DNA of 32,000 nt from Cylindrospermopsis raciborskii Cr2010 (lineage in GTDB: Bacteria; Cyanobacteriota; Cyanobacteriia; Cyanobacteriales; Nostocaceae): assembly GCF_003367075.2 (NCBI RefSeq), contig NZ_CP065936.1, positions 1,800,001-1,832,000 on the forward strand, in the 5' to 3' direction. Shown here in pieces: positions 7,509-15,998 of this stretch (the stretch's first letter is position 1; every line of letters begins with the position of its first letter). Made by a program: the position numbers and the translations under genes. The notes beneath the pieces are model-generated. The model worked only from the letters and a program-made list of their open reading frames with translations, had not been told where the DNA came from and made no database searches.

Positions 7509-8396
7509 TTACAGGTTATCAACTTGGCTTTCAATTACCTTCTGAATATTGGGAGAAACAGTAGACAGAAAATCATATCCTGTTAATTCTTCTAACTTGT
7601 CAACACTGGTTCTAAAGAGTCTCCAATTGTTATCCAGTTGTTCATCATTGGGAATATTGACAGCAATCACACGAGTGTTGACATTCACATCTTGCAGTCC
7701 CAAACCAGGGCCATCTAAAACCACAATAATCTTCCAGGTGTATTGGGGAATTGTCACCAAATTTTTCAGTTTACCTTTGTCACCAGTCCCACCAGCAATA
7801 ATATAAAGTTGCTTTCCTTCCTCAGCTAATTTCATACTATAGTCCTCTAAATTACCCCAGGTATTACGATTGTTGTCGGGTGTTTGAGGAATAATATTAG
7901 TCATTAAAAAAGTGGCTGAATTGTCTTCCACACTCTGGGTTCTGTCTGCTGATCTGGCAATGTGACCTCTATCGTATCCTGAACTATTGTAAACACTTGG
8001 TTTTATACGTGGCCAACTATCAGGTAGGGTGTCATCCGGTCTAAAATTGTCTTGGCGTTTAGCATCTCCTAACCAGGATTTATCAAGTTGCCAAGCAACC
8101 CAGTTAGCACTACCATGACTCCGATTGTAGGACAATGCATATTGAGGTTTTATCATTAGGTAATTATCTGGATTGTCAAGACTGGATGTGGCATTACTGG
8201 GATTACCTAATAATAGGTGAGTAGATTTCCCAATGTTTTGTACTGTATCTGGTTTCGGTGGTAGTGATATTGCCTTTGCTGGTAGAAACGAGGTTAGTAC
8301 AATCAGTGTCAAGTTAATAAATAGACAAAAAGCCGCAAAAATAATACGGTTTAGTGTGGACATTGATAGAAAATATATTTTTTTCAATTCTTTCAT
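7509..8396 (-). CDS. nucA: Secreted sugar-non-specific DNA/RNA endonuclease (Serratia/Anabaena NucA family)
   Basis: 295-aa ORF with an N-terminal hydrophobic signal or anchor (IIFAAFCLFINLTLIVLTSFLPAKA). The active-site DRGH motif is present in SSGYDRGHIARSADR, followed by NIIPQ...N..W, typical of the beta-beta-alpha-metal nuclease family. Confidence 0.85.
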   Translation of the reverse strand: MKELKKIYFLSMSTLNRIIFAAFCLFINLTLIVLTSFLPAKAISLPPKPDTVQNIGKSTHLLLGNPSNATSSLDNPDNYLMIKPQYALSYNRSHGSANWVAWQLDKSWLGDAKRQDNFRPDDTLPDSWPRIKPSVYNSSGYDRGHIARSADRTQSVEDNSATFLMTNIIPQTPDNNRNTWGNLEDYSMKLAEEGKQLYIIAGGTGDKGKLKNLVTIPQYTWKIIVVLDGPGLGLQDVNVNTRVIAVNIPNDEQLDNNWRLFRTSVDKLEELTGYDFLSTVSPNIQKVIESQVDNL

Positions 8397-8449
8397 GGTT
8401 TATAACCATTCCATTAAGAGATTATAACAAGATGACAAGAGCATTTACT

Positions 8450-9292
8450 CTATCTTAATCGCATTTGATATGCCAACAGAGCCATACCTAACATTCCCAC
8501 AATACCTTGAAAGGGATTATTATTAACACCTGTTACCCAATCGGGAACTACTCCTGAAGGTTGAACCAGTCCCCCCACATTAATAATATAGTATCCCCAG
8601 ACCAGTCCACCATGTAAACCCATAGGTAAACCTAATCTTCCTCTTTTCTTATGCTTTCCCCACACTTGAGTTAAGCCTAGTAATACTAAAGCTGGAAATT
8701 GCGGTAAGGTACTAACAATAGCTGATATTGGTCGAATGAAATGGGCAACTGCGAATAAAATGGCATTTATTGCCGTGGATAAACGGGGATCATAATCTCG
8801 GTTCAGCTCATCTAGCAACCAACCACGAAATAATAATTCTTCTGCAAAACCAATACCACCAGCAACTAGTAAGCCTTCTAAAACGATTTGAACTATAAAT
8901 GCTTTTGGTGGTTGCCATAGGATCCAACCCAATAAACCTTGTACTCCAAATAATAGTATAATACTCAATACTCCTAGACTTAAACCCTGGCAGAAATCTA
9001 CACCATTTAAGCTAGACAGTTCTAAACCATAGTCAGTTAGTATTTTGTCTCTTTGATAAATTTTTTTCCCCCACAACCTCACCAAGAAAATAAACTCTCC
9101 ATACAGCAAGACCATGGTGAAAATGCTTTCTAAGTTGCCATCCTCCACCAATAAGTATATGGGTATGGCAAAAGGCAACCATAATACTAACAAACACAAA
9201 ATAAAACAACCCACCCTCTGTGGAGCAGGTCTTTGGGAAATCCACAAAGCTATTTTGCTAGGTCTAAACATTTTAATATTATTTTCTATCAC
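8450..9292 (-). CDS. CPBP-family (CAAX/Abi) intramembrane glutamic metalloprotease
   Basis: 280-aa polytopic ORF with motif 1 EELLFRG, motif 2 FAVAHF and a later HGGLVWG. The track start is GTG at 9292; an ATG at 9271 (MFRPSK...) is an alternative. Confidence 0.85.
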   Translation of the reverse strand: MIENNIKMFRPSKIALWISQRPAPQRVGCFILCLLVLWLPFAIPIYLLVEDGNLESIFTMVLLYGEFIFLVRLWGKKIYQRDKILTDYGLELSSLNGVDFCQGLSLGVLSIILLFGVQGLLGWILWQPPKAFIVQIVLEGLLVAGGIGFAEELLFRGWLLDELNRDYDPRLSTAINAILFAVAHFIRPISAIVSTLPQFPALVLLGLTQVWGKHKKRGRLGLPMGLHGGLVWGYYIINVGGLVQPSGVVPDWVTGVNNNPFQGIVGMLGMALLAYQMRLR

Positions 9293-9573
9293 TAATCATC
9301 GGGTTCAATGGTGCTAGTAAGACCATAATTATTTAAACTTTCACAATAAAATTCAGCATGCTCCAAAGCGCAGCTTATAACTAAAGCTAAACCATGACTA
9401 TGGGCTTCCATCATAATGGAAATAGCTTGAGGTTGGGTAAGACTAGGTATGGTGGAAAGGAGTACCTGAACGACATACTCCATGGAATTATAGTCGTCAT
9501 TGTGCAGCAAAACGCGATAACGGGGCGCCAGCTTGCGGGTTGTGGAGGGTTTTTCAATGGTTTCGACTGACAC
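9292..9573 (-). CDS. clpS: ATP-dependent Clp protease adaptor ClpS
   Basis: 93-aa ORF. YRVLLHNDDYNSMEYVVQVL...AISIMMEAHSHGLALV is the canonical ClpS core. It has a GTG start (plus-strand CAC at 9571-9573) and no in-frame ATG before the conserved core. Confidence 0.9.
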   Translation of the reverse strand: MSVETIEKPSTTRKLAPRYRVLLHNDDYNSMEYVVQVLLSTIPSLTQPQAISIMMEAHSHGLALVISCALEHAEFYCESLNNYGLTSTIEPDD

Positions 9574-9661
9574 TGCTCTTGAATGATTGTGGATTTACTA
9601 CATTTGGAAGTTTGGGTTTGCTCCCACTACCCATTATATTCTATTATATTCCACAATTTTG

Positions 9662-9737
9662 GCGATCGCGTTTATGGGAAGTGGAGAGGGAAGAATTCAG
9701 GATAGCTCCACTTACCATAAGTATTACGGGCGATCGC
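9662..9737. repeat. Two HIP1 octamers (GCGATCGC) bracketing a 14-bp imperfect inverted repeat
   Basis: HIP1 copies lie at 9662-9669 and 9730-9737. Between them, TATGGGAAGTGGAG (9673-9686) and CTCCACTTACCATA (9707-9720) are complementary with one mismatch and a 20-nt loop. Confidence 0.6.
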
Positions 9738-9771
9738 ATTTTTAGTGTTATATAGTCTAGGCGTAAAAAGT

Positions 9772-9963
9772 CTAGTATGGAACCACCTGAACTCTACCTG
9801 CATCCATTTCTGCCATTAATAGCTCTAGAGCTTCGTAGTCAACGTCTGAAATATAACCTAATTGAGTGAGTTCCGAATTAATCTGATTCTCAATTTCCAG
9901 TGTCAGCTTTTTTGTTTCCAGAGCCTTTTCCACAAGCTGACGTATTGCGTATTTTGTGTTCAT
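9772..9963 (-). CDS. Small acidic helical hypothetical protein (63 aa)
   Basis: ATG-initiated ORF MNTKYAIRQLVEKALETKKLTLEIENQINSELTQLGYISDVDYEALELLMAEMDAGRVQVVPY. It has a coding-like composition, no Shine-Dalgarno sequence and no family I recognise. Confidence 0.45.
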   Translation of the reverse strand: MNTKYAIRQLVEKALETKKLTLEIENQINSELTQLGYISDVDYEALELLMAEMDAGRVQVVPY

Positions 9964-10291
9964 AGCTAACTAACTAGTTGTAATTATTACTCATTAACTG
10001 AAATTAAAACACTCGTTCACACTCCTAGAGCTGGAGATTGGTTTGTAGTTGGCGAATAAAAAAGAGCGGACATATTTAGATAGAGGTGAATTTTAGCATA
10101 TAAAAAAATAATTAACTAAAATTCCAACTTTTTTTAATATTTTTTTTGCTTATTGATTTTCTTTTCCCATATAGCTGGAATTTGGTAAAATGGAGGTGTA
10201 GAATTGTAAGAAGTATTTGACCGAAAAAAGTTCCCTTTGTTAAGATGATGGACAATAGCTACTAATTAACTCCAAAATAATAAATCGTAAA

Positions 10292-12898
10292 GTGACTGTT
10301 TCAGTAAAAGAACTAATAACACCGGACATTTTAAAACCAGCACGCTACTTAGGGAATGAGTACTTAGCAACACATAAACCCTGGGAACAGGCTAGAGTGA
10401 GATGGGTTTTAAGCTACCCAGAAGTGTATGAGGTAGGAGCTTCCAACCTAGGACACGTTATCCTATATAACATCCTCAATGCCCAGCGGAATCAACTGTG
10501 TGACCGATCTTACCTCCCCGCGCCCGATCTAGGTGCAAAATTGCGTCAAACCCAAACACCCCTGTTTGCAGTAGAGTCAAAACGCCAGTTAAAAGACTTC
10601 GATATTATCGGATTTAGCCTCAGCTATGAACTGGGGGCGACAAATATCCTGGAAATGTTAGATTTAGCGGGAATACCGCTCATGCGGGAACAAAGGGGAG
10701 GGGAATACCCCTTAATCTTTGCTGGTGGACAAACAGCAACGTCAAACCCCGAACCTTACACTGACTTTTTTGATTTTATCGCACTGGGTGATGGAGAGGA
10801 ACTACTACCAGAAATTGGACTGGTGATAGAAGAGGGTAAAGCAGGGGGTCTAAGTCGAGAAGAATTGCTGTGGGATTTAGCACAAATTCCAGGTGTGTAT
10901 GTGCCACAGTTTTACGAAATGACAAATGGTCAAATAAGAGCTTTGCGACCGGATGTACCGCAAAGAATTATTAGAAGAGTAGCAGTGCCCATACCTGCTT
11001 ACTCTATAGGTCTAGTGCCATATATGGAAACAGTGCATGATCGGTTAACAATAGAAATTAGAAGAGGTTGTACCCGTGGTTGTAGATTTTGTCAACCAGG
11101 GATGTTGACAAGGCCAGCCAGGGATGTGGAGCCAGAAAAAGTGGTAGAAGCCATAGTTGATGGAATGCACAAAACAGGCTATAATGAGTTCTCACTATTA
11201 TCTTTAAGTTGTTCCGATTATTTATCTCTACCTGCAGTGGGGATGGAAATCAAAAACCGTCTAAAGAATGAAAATATTACCCTGTCTTTACCTTCCCAAA
11301 GAGTGGATAGATTCGATGAAAATATTGCTAACATATTAGGAGGGACAAGACAAGGGAGCTTGACCTTCGCACCGGAGGCGGGTAGTCAACGGATGCGCGA
11401 TATTATTAACAAAGGTCTGACCAACGAAGAGTTATTGCGGGGCATAAAAACAGCTTGGGAAAAAGGTTGGGATAAAATTAAGTTGTACTTTATGATTGGA
11501 CTGCCAGGGGAAACGGATGCGGATATCCTGGCCATAGCAGAAACCGTCAGATGGTTACAACGAGAATGTCGCGCTCAGGATAGAAGGTCTATCAACTTTA
11601 ACCTGACAGTCTCTAATTTTACCCCTAAACCTCACACACCTTTTCAGTGGCATTCTGTTTCCACATCAGAATTTGTCCGCAAGCAAAACCTACTCAAACA
11701 AGAATTTCGCCGAACCAGGAATGTAAAGGTAAATTTTACCGATGTTCGTCTTTCTGCAATGGAAGACTTTATTGGTAGGGGAGATCGGACTTTAGGGAAG
11801 GTTCTCAAACGAGCATGGGAATTGGGTGCAGGAATGGACTCCTGGTATGACAGCGTGGAAACTGCTTTTCGAGCTTGGGGAGAAGCTATCTCTCAAGCAG
11901 GACTAAACTGGAAATACCGCCAGGTAGAAAATGGTGAATGGAATGTAATGGAAATGGGAGATGACAATCTCATTAACTTCGATTCCCTGCTGGAAGCAGC
12001 TTTACCATGGGATCATATAGATACCGGGATTGATAAAAGGTGGTTACAGGAAGATCTTAAACGGGCTTTAGCTGCGGCGATCGTTCCCGATTGTTCTTTT
12101 GAGGGTTGTTCCCATTGCGGTGTCTGTAGCACAGATTTCGGTCACAATGTGGTAATTGAACCCCACCCCATACCAGAGTTCGCAGGCGATTTTGTTCCTA
12201 ATACCACCAGGGTGCAAAGGTTAAGAGTGTGGTTCGGTAAACAAGATGATATGGCTTTGGTCGGTCACTTGGATTTGATGCGGTTATTTGATAGGGTAAT
12301 TAGAAGAGCGGGTTTACCAATTGCTTTTACTGGAGGATTTCATCCCCACCCCCGCATTGCTCTAGCAAGTGCTTTGTCTTTGGGTAGCACCAGCAGTGGG
12401 GAAATTTTGGACCTGGAATTAACCCAATCCATGAATTTAGAAGACTTTCGTCACCAATTGGTACGCCAACTTCCCTCCAATATCCCCCTATATCAAGTCC
12501 AAGAAATAGACTTGTCATCACCTGCTGCTAATCAATCTATGGTAGCAGCTGAATACCTGCTCACCATTTCTACTTCAGAACTGATTGACGCACAAATATG
12601 GCAAAATTGGATAGAATCCATACTAGCTAGAAGAGAGATTTTGTCAGAACATCGGACAAAGTCCGGGAAGCAGCAAATCATAAATCTGCGCGATCGCCTG
12701 TTTGAGTTAAGTCTAGTCAAATTAGAAAACTCATCAGTGGAATCTGAAGCCATAGTGCGTTATTTGGGTAGCTGTCGTCATGATGGTGTGATCTTGCGTC
12801 CTGAGCAAATATTGTTTATGCTGGAGATGGTAACCAGTGTAAAATTTCAACTTTTGCATATCCACCGCAATCGGATAGTTTTGGGAACCGCAAATTAG
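10292..12898 (+). CDS. Fusion of an uncharacterised B12-binding-type radical SAM enzyme (TIGR03960-like) with a radical-SAM-associated DUF2344 domain (TIGR03936-like)
   Basis: 868-aa ORF with a GTG start. The N-terminus has KPARYLGNE, the cluster is RRGCTRGCRFCQPG (CxxxCxxC), and the C-terminal roughly 230 aa (RLRVWFGKQDDMALVGHLDLMRLFDRVIRRAGLPIAFTGGFHPHPRI) matches my memory of DUF2344. Confidence 0.85.
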   Translation: MTVSVKELITPDILKPARYLGNEYLATHKPWEQARVRWVLSYPEVYEVGASNLGHVILYNILNAQRNQLCDRSYLPAPDLGAKLRQTQTPLFAVESKRQLKDFDIIGFSLSYELGATNILEMLDLAGIPLMREQRGGEYPLIFAGGQTATSNPEPYTDFFDFIALGDGEELLPEIGLVIEEGKAGGLSREELLWDLAQIPGVYVPQFYEMTNGQIRALRPDVPQRIIRRVAVPIPAYSIGLVPYMETVHDRLTIEIRRGCTRGCRFCQPGMLTRPARDVEPEKVVEAIVDGMHKTGYNEFSLLSLSCSDYLSLPAVGMEIKNRLKNENITLSLPSQRVDRFDENIANILGGTRQGSLTFAPEAGSQRMRDIINKGLTNEELLRGIKTAWEKGWDKIKLYFMIGLPGETDADILAIAETVRWLQRECRAQDRRSINFNLTVSNFTPKPHTPFQWHSVSTSEFVRKQNLLKQEFRRTRNVKVNFTDVRLSAMEDFIGRGDRTLGKVLKRAWELGAGMDSWYDSVETAFRAWGEAISQAGLNWKYRQVENGEWNVMEMGDDNLINFDSLLEAALPWDHIDTGIDKRWLQEDLKRALAAAIVPDCSFEGCSHCGVCSTDFGHNVVIEPHPIPEFAGDFVPNTTRVQRLRVWFGKQDDMALVGHLDLMRLFDRVIRRAGLPIAFTGGFHPHPRIALASALSLGSTSSGEILDLELTQSMNLEDFRHQLVRQLPSNIPLYQVQEIDLSSPAANQSMVAAEYLLTISTSELIDAQIWQNWIESILARREILSEHRTKSGKQQIINLRDRLFELSLVKLENSSVESEAIVRYLGSCRHDGVILRPEQILFMLEMVTSVKFQLLHIHRNRIVLGTAN

Positions 12899-13210
12899 GT
12901 CCAGTTACATCAGTGAATTTATTAAGTCAGAGAGTGTCAACAGAAAATAGGGTGGAAAACCCAGTTTGTTGAGCAGGACTTTTTGATAGAATGCTCCTAG
13001 ATTGGTAGACCCAAGGTCTCCAAACTCTTAGCAATGATCAAGCGTGTGCAACGCAATTACAAAAGGCCATGGGCTTCCTGGTTTGTGAAGCCGTGTCCGT
13101 GAGGAAATTTTTATTACCAGTAGCAGTCCTAGGGCTACCAGTAGGGGCTAGAGGTATAAAATAAGCTCCTCCTAATCCCCATTGGTGCTGCCAATTTTTG
13201 AGGAACTTGA

Positions 13211-15307
13211 ATGCCAAAACAAATTATTATCGCAGAACAGCATCAAATTGCTGCCGTATTTTCCGAAGATCAAATACAAGAACTAGTTGTAGCAACTGGT
13301 CATCACCAGATTGGTGATATCTATTTAGGGGTTGTGGAGAATGTATTACCGGGTATAGACGCAGCTTTTGTGAATATCGGTGATCCAGAACGTAACGGAT
13401 TTATCCATGTGACCGATCTAGGTCCATTAAAGATTAAACGTAGTTCCGCAGCAATTACGGAGTTACTGACACCACAACAGAAAGTGTTAGTACAAGTAAT
13501 GAAGGAACCTACAGGAACAAAAGGTCCCAGACTAACCGGTAATATTACTATGCCGGGACGTTATGTAGTTCTCATGCCCTATGGAAAGGGTGTAAACCTA
13601 TCCAGACGGATTAAGAGCGAAAGTGAACGGAACCGTCTTCGCGCTCTAGCTATACTCATCAAACCTGCTGGTATGGGCATATTAGTGCGAACAGAGGCAG
13701 AAGGTAAACCAGAGGAAGCTATAATTGAAGACTTAGAATTGCTACAAAAGCAATGGGAAGTCATTCAGCAGGAAGCAGCATCCACGAGAGCGCCATCTTT
13801 ATTAAATCGAGATGACGACTTCATTCAGAGGGTACTGCGGGATATGTATGGTGCGGACGTAAACCGTATTGTAGTGGATTCCAGTACAGGGTTAAGAAGA
13901 GTTAAACAATATTTACAAAATTGGAGTGGAGGACAGACACCCCAGGGTGTACTACTGGATCATCATCGTGACAGGTCACCGATTTTAGAATATTTTCGCA
14001 TTAATGCTGCTATTAGAGAAGCATTACGTCCTAGGGTAGATTTGCCCTCTGGGGGTTACATTATCATTGAACCGACGGAAGCACTAACAGTAATTGATGT
14101 GAACTCGGGTTCTTTTACCCGCTCTGCAACAGCTAGAGAAACCGTGCTGTGGACAAACTGCGAAGCAGCAACGGAAATAGCGCGTCAACTGAGACTGAGA
14201 AATATTGCTGGCGTAATTGTAGTAGATTTCATCGACATGGAATCAAGACGCGACCAACTGCAAGTTTTAGAGCACTTTAATAAGACCCTGAAAGCAGATA
14301 AAGCTCGTCCTCAAATTGCCCAACTAACAGAATTAGGTCTAGTAGAACTGACGCGTAAACGTCAAGGTCAAAATATTTATGAACTGTTTGGTGAAAGCTG
14401 TCCCACTTGTGGTGGTTTAGGACACATCGTCCATCTACCAGGGGAGGTAGAAAACCGCATGCCCATACCCGCTGCGGAAGCGCCAGAAAAGTTTACCCCA
14501 GCCCAACCTAGGGAAATTAGAACCCCAGTAGTGCGTGCCCCAGAAATTAGAGAAAATCGGGAGATATTTGATAGCTTTGGTGAAGCGTTTGACACCGATT
14601 CTGAAGTTGGTAATCTAGTCAACCATCCCAGCTATCAAGAGTTGGGAGATCACAAACGTCGTACTCGCACCCGTCGCAGTCGCATTGGTGGTGCTAACCT
14701 CAAAGAGGAAAGCAGACCAGAGGTTTCTGGATTTGGTGGCGAGATGGATTTGGAAGCTGACACAGAAATCACTCCCATGGTCGACATACCCTCCCTGCTA
14801 TCAGAAAGTCTGTTGGTAAAAGAATCTCCCAACGCACCAAGCTTTGGTAGGGTGGGATGGACTGAAAGACCAGAGAGAACTAAAGTCAAAATAGAACCAA
14901 TTAAACCAGTGATAGAGCCACCCCGAATCGTTGAGGTGGAAATGACGAACCAGGAACAGGATATGTTTGCCTTGATGGGAATTTCTCCCGGTGTTAAATT
15001 AGAGACGGAGGCAAAAACTCCCAAGTCAGTAATTTATAATATTATGCAACCAGGGGAAATTACATCTGATGCAGGTGAGTTTAATATGGATTCTATGCTT
15101 GAGGAAAAGCCTAAATTGGAATTTCCTAAGGTCAAACTTCCTACATCAAAAATCCCTTTAGAGGAATTTTCTCGCCCCCAAATGGCAATTGAGTCCCCCA
15201 CGGAGGAATTATTGGGCAATATAGGTTTTGAACCTCTATCAGAGGACGAAGAATCTAACTATTCTCCTACCCGTCGTCGTCGTCGTCGTCCCTCCGCTCA
15301 AGAGTAA
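13211..15307 (+). CDS. rne: Ribonuclease E (compact cyanobacterial type)
   Basis: 698-aa ORF with an S1 domain (GDIYLGVVENVLPGIDAAFVNIG), a catalytic core (TVIDVNSG...VVVDFIDM) and a Zn-link CPTCGG. The C-terminal half is disordered and ends in TRRRRRRPSAQE. Confidence 0.93.
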   Translation: MPKQIIIAEQHQIAAVFSEDQIQELVVATGHHQIGDIYLGVVENVLPGIDAAFVNIGDPERNGFIHVTDLGPLKIKRSSAAITELLTPQQKVLVQVMKEPTGTKGPRLTGNITMPGRYVVLMPYGKGVNLSRRIKSESERNRLRALAILIKPAGMGILVRTEAEGKPEEAIIEDLELLQKQWEVIQQEAASTRAPSLLNRDDDFIQRVLRDMYGADVNRIVVDSSTGLRRVKQYLQNWSGGQTPQGVLLDHHRDRSPILEYFRINAAIREALRPRVDLPSGGYIIIEPTEALTVIDVNSGSFTRSATARETVLWTNCEAATEIARQLRLRNIAGVIVVDFIDMESRRDQLQVLEHFNKTLKADKARPQIAQLTELGLVELTRKRQGQNIYELFGESCPTCGGLGHIVHLPGEVENRMPIPAAEAPEKFTPAQPREIRTPVVRAPEIRENREIFDSFGEAFDTDSEVGNLVNHPSYQELGDHKRRTRTRRSRIGGANLKEESRPEVSGFGGEMDLEADTEITPMVDIPSLLSESLLVKESPNAPSFGRVGWTERPERTKVKIEPIKPVIEPPRIVEVEMTNQEQDMFALMGISPGVKLETEAKTPKSVIYNIMQPGEITSDAGEFNMDSMLEEKPKLEFPKVKLPTSKIPLEEFSRPQMAIESPTEELLGNIGFEPLSEDEESNYSPTRRRRRRPSAQE

Positions 15308-15356
15308 ATCCCCTGTTCATTTTCAAACTCCTTGTTTATCCTAGATTCTGGTTTTT

Positions 15357-15998
15357 ATGGAATCAAATTGGCAGGAATTGTCTGACCACTGGAACCAGGA
15401 AGGGTGGATTGCTGGTGTGGATGAGGTGGGGCGCGGAGCTTTATTTGGGCCCGTAGTCGCTGCTGCAGTTATCTTGCCAAACTCCGCTTTATCAATACTG
15501 GTTGAATCTAAAATTAAGGATAGTAAGCAGCTATCTGTTTCTCGTAGACATTACCTAGCACAGCAAGTCGCCCAATTAGCTGTGGAATGGAAAATCGGTT
15601 ATGCTACCACTGCGGAAATTGATAGGTTAAATATTTTGCAAGCTACTCTGTTGGCAATGAAACGGGCTGTCCTCAAACTCAAGTCCCAGCCCTCTCTTTG
15701 TCTTGTGGATGGTAATCAATTTATTCGTGATTTACTAATAGAGCAGCAAACTATTATACAGGGTGACAGGCGATCGCTCAACATAGCAGCTGCCAGTATT
15801 ATGGCTAAAGTGTGGCGGGATGATTTAGTGGTGCGATTAGGCAAGAAGTATGATATGTATGATTTACACCGTAATAAGGGGTATGGGAGTAGGAAACACT
15901 TATTAGCTTTACAAAAGTATGGGCCGTCTCCCCTGCATCGACGGAGTTTTAGTCCCTGTCAGGTGAGGGGAGATATCAACTTTAAAAGTCAACTTTGA
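15357..15998 (+). CDS. rnhB: Ribonuclease HII
   Basis: 213-aa ORF with the motifs GVDEVGRGALFGPVVAAAV and ...DSK.L... GYGS..H. It lies 49 nt downstream of rne on the same strand. The rne-rnhB arrangement is known in cyanobacteria. Confidence 0.9.
   Translation: MESNWQELSDHWNQEGWIAGVDEVGRGALFGPVVAAAVILPNSALSILVESKIKDSKQLSVSRRHYLAQQVAQLAVEWKIGYATTAEIDRLNILQATLLAMKRAVLKLKSQPSLCLVDGNQFIRDLLIEQQTIIQGDRRSLNIAAASIMAKVWRDDLVVRLGKKYDMYDLHRNKGYGSRKHLLALQKYGPSPLHRRSFSPCQVRGDINFKSQL

Noticed and set aside
9540-9755. 71-aa + strand ORF in the clpS upstream spacer
   Set aside because: It overlaps the clpS start, spans two HIP1 sites and the inverted repeat, and its translation is Trp/Phe/Leu-rich nonsense-like sequence.
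14377-15219. Three sizeable minus-strand ORFs (81, 124 and 61 aa) antisense to the 3' half of rne
   Set aside because: They lie entirely within the low-complexity, Glu/Pro/Arg-rich C-terminal region of RNase E, whose codon bias suppresses antisense stops. Their translations are Ser/Gly/Pro-rich with no motifs and no start context.
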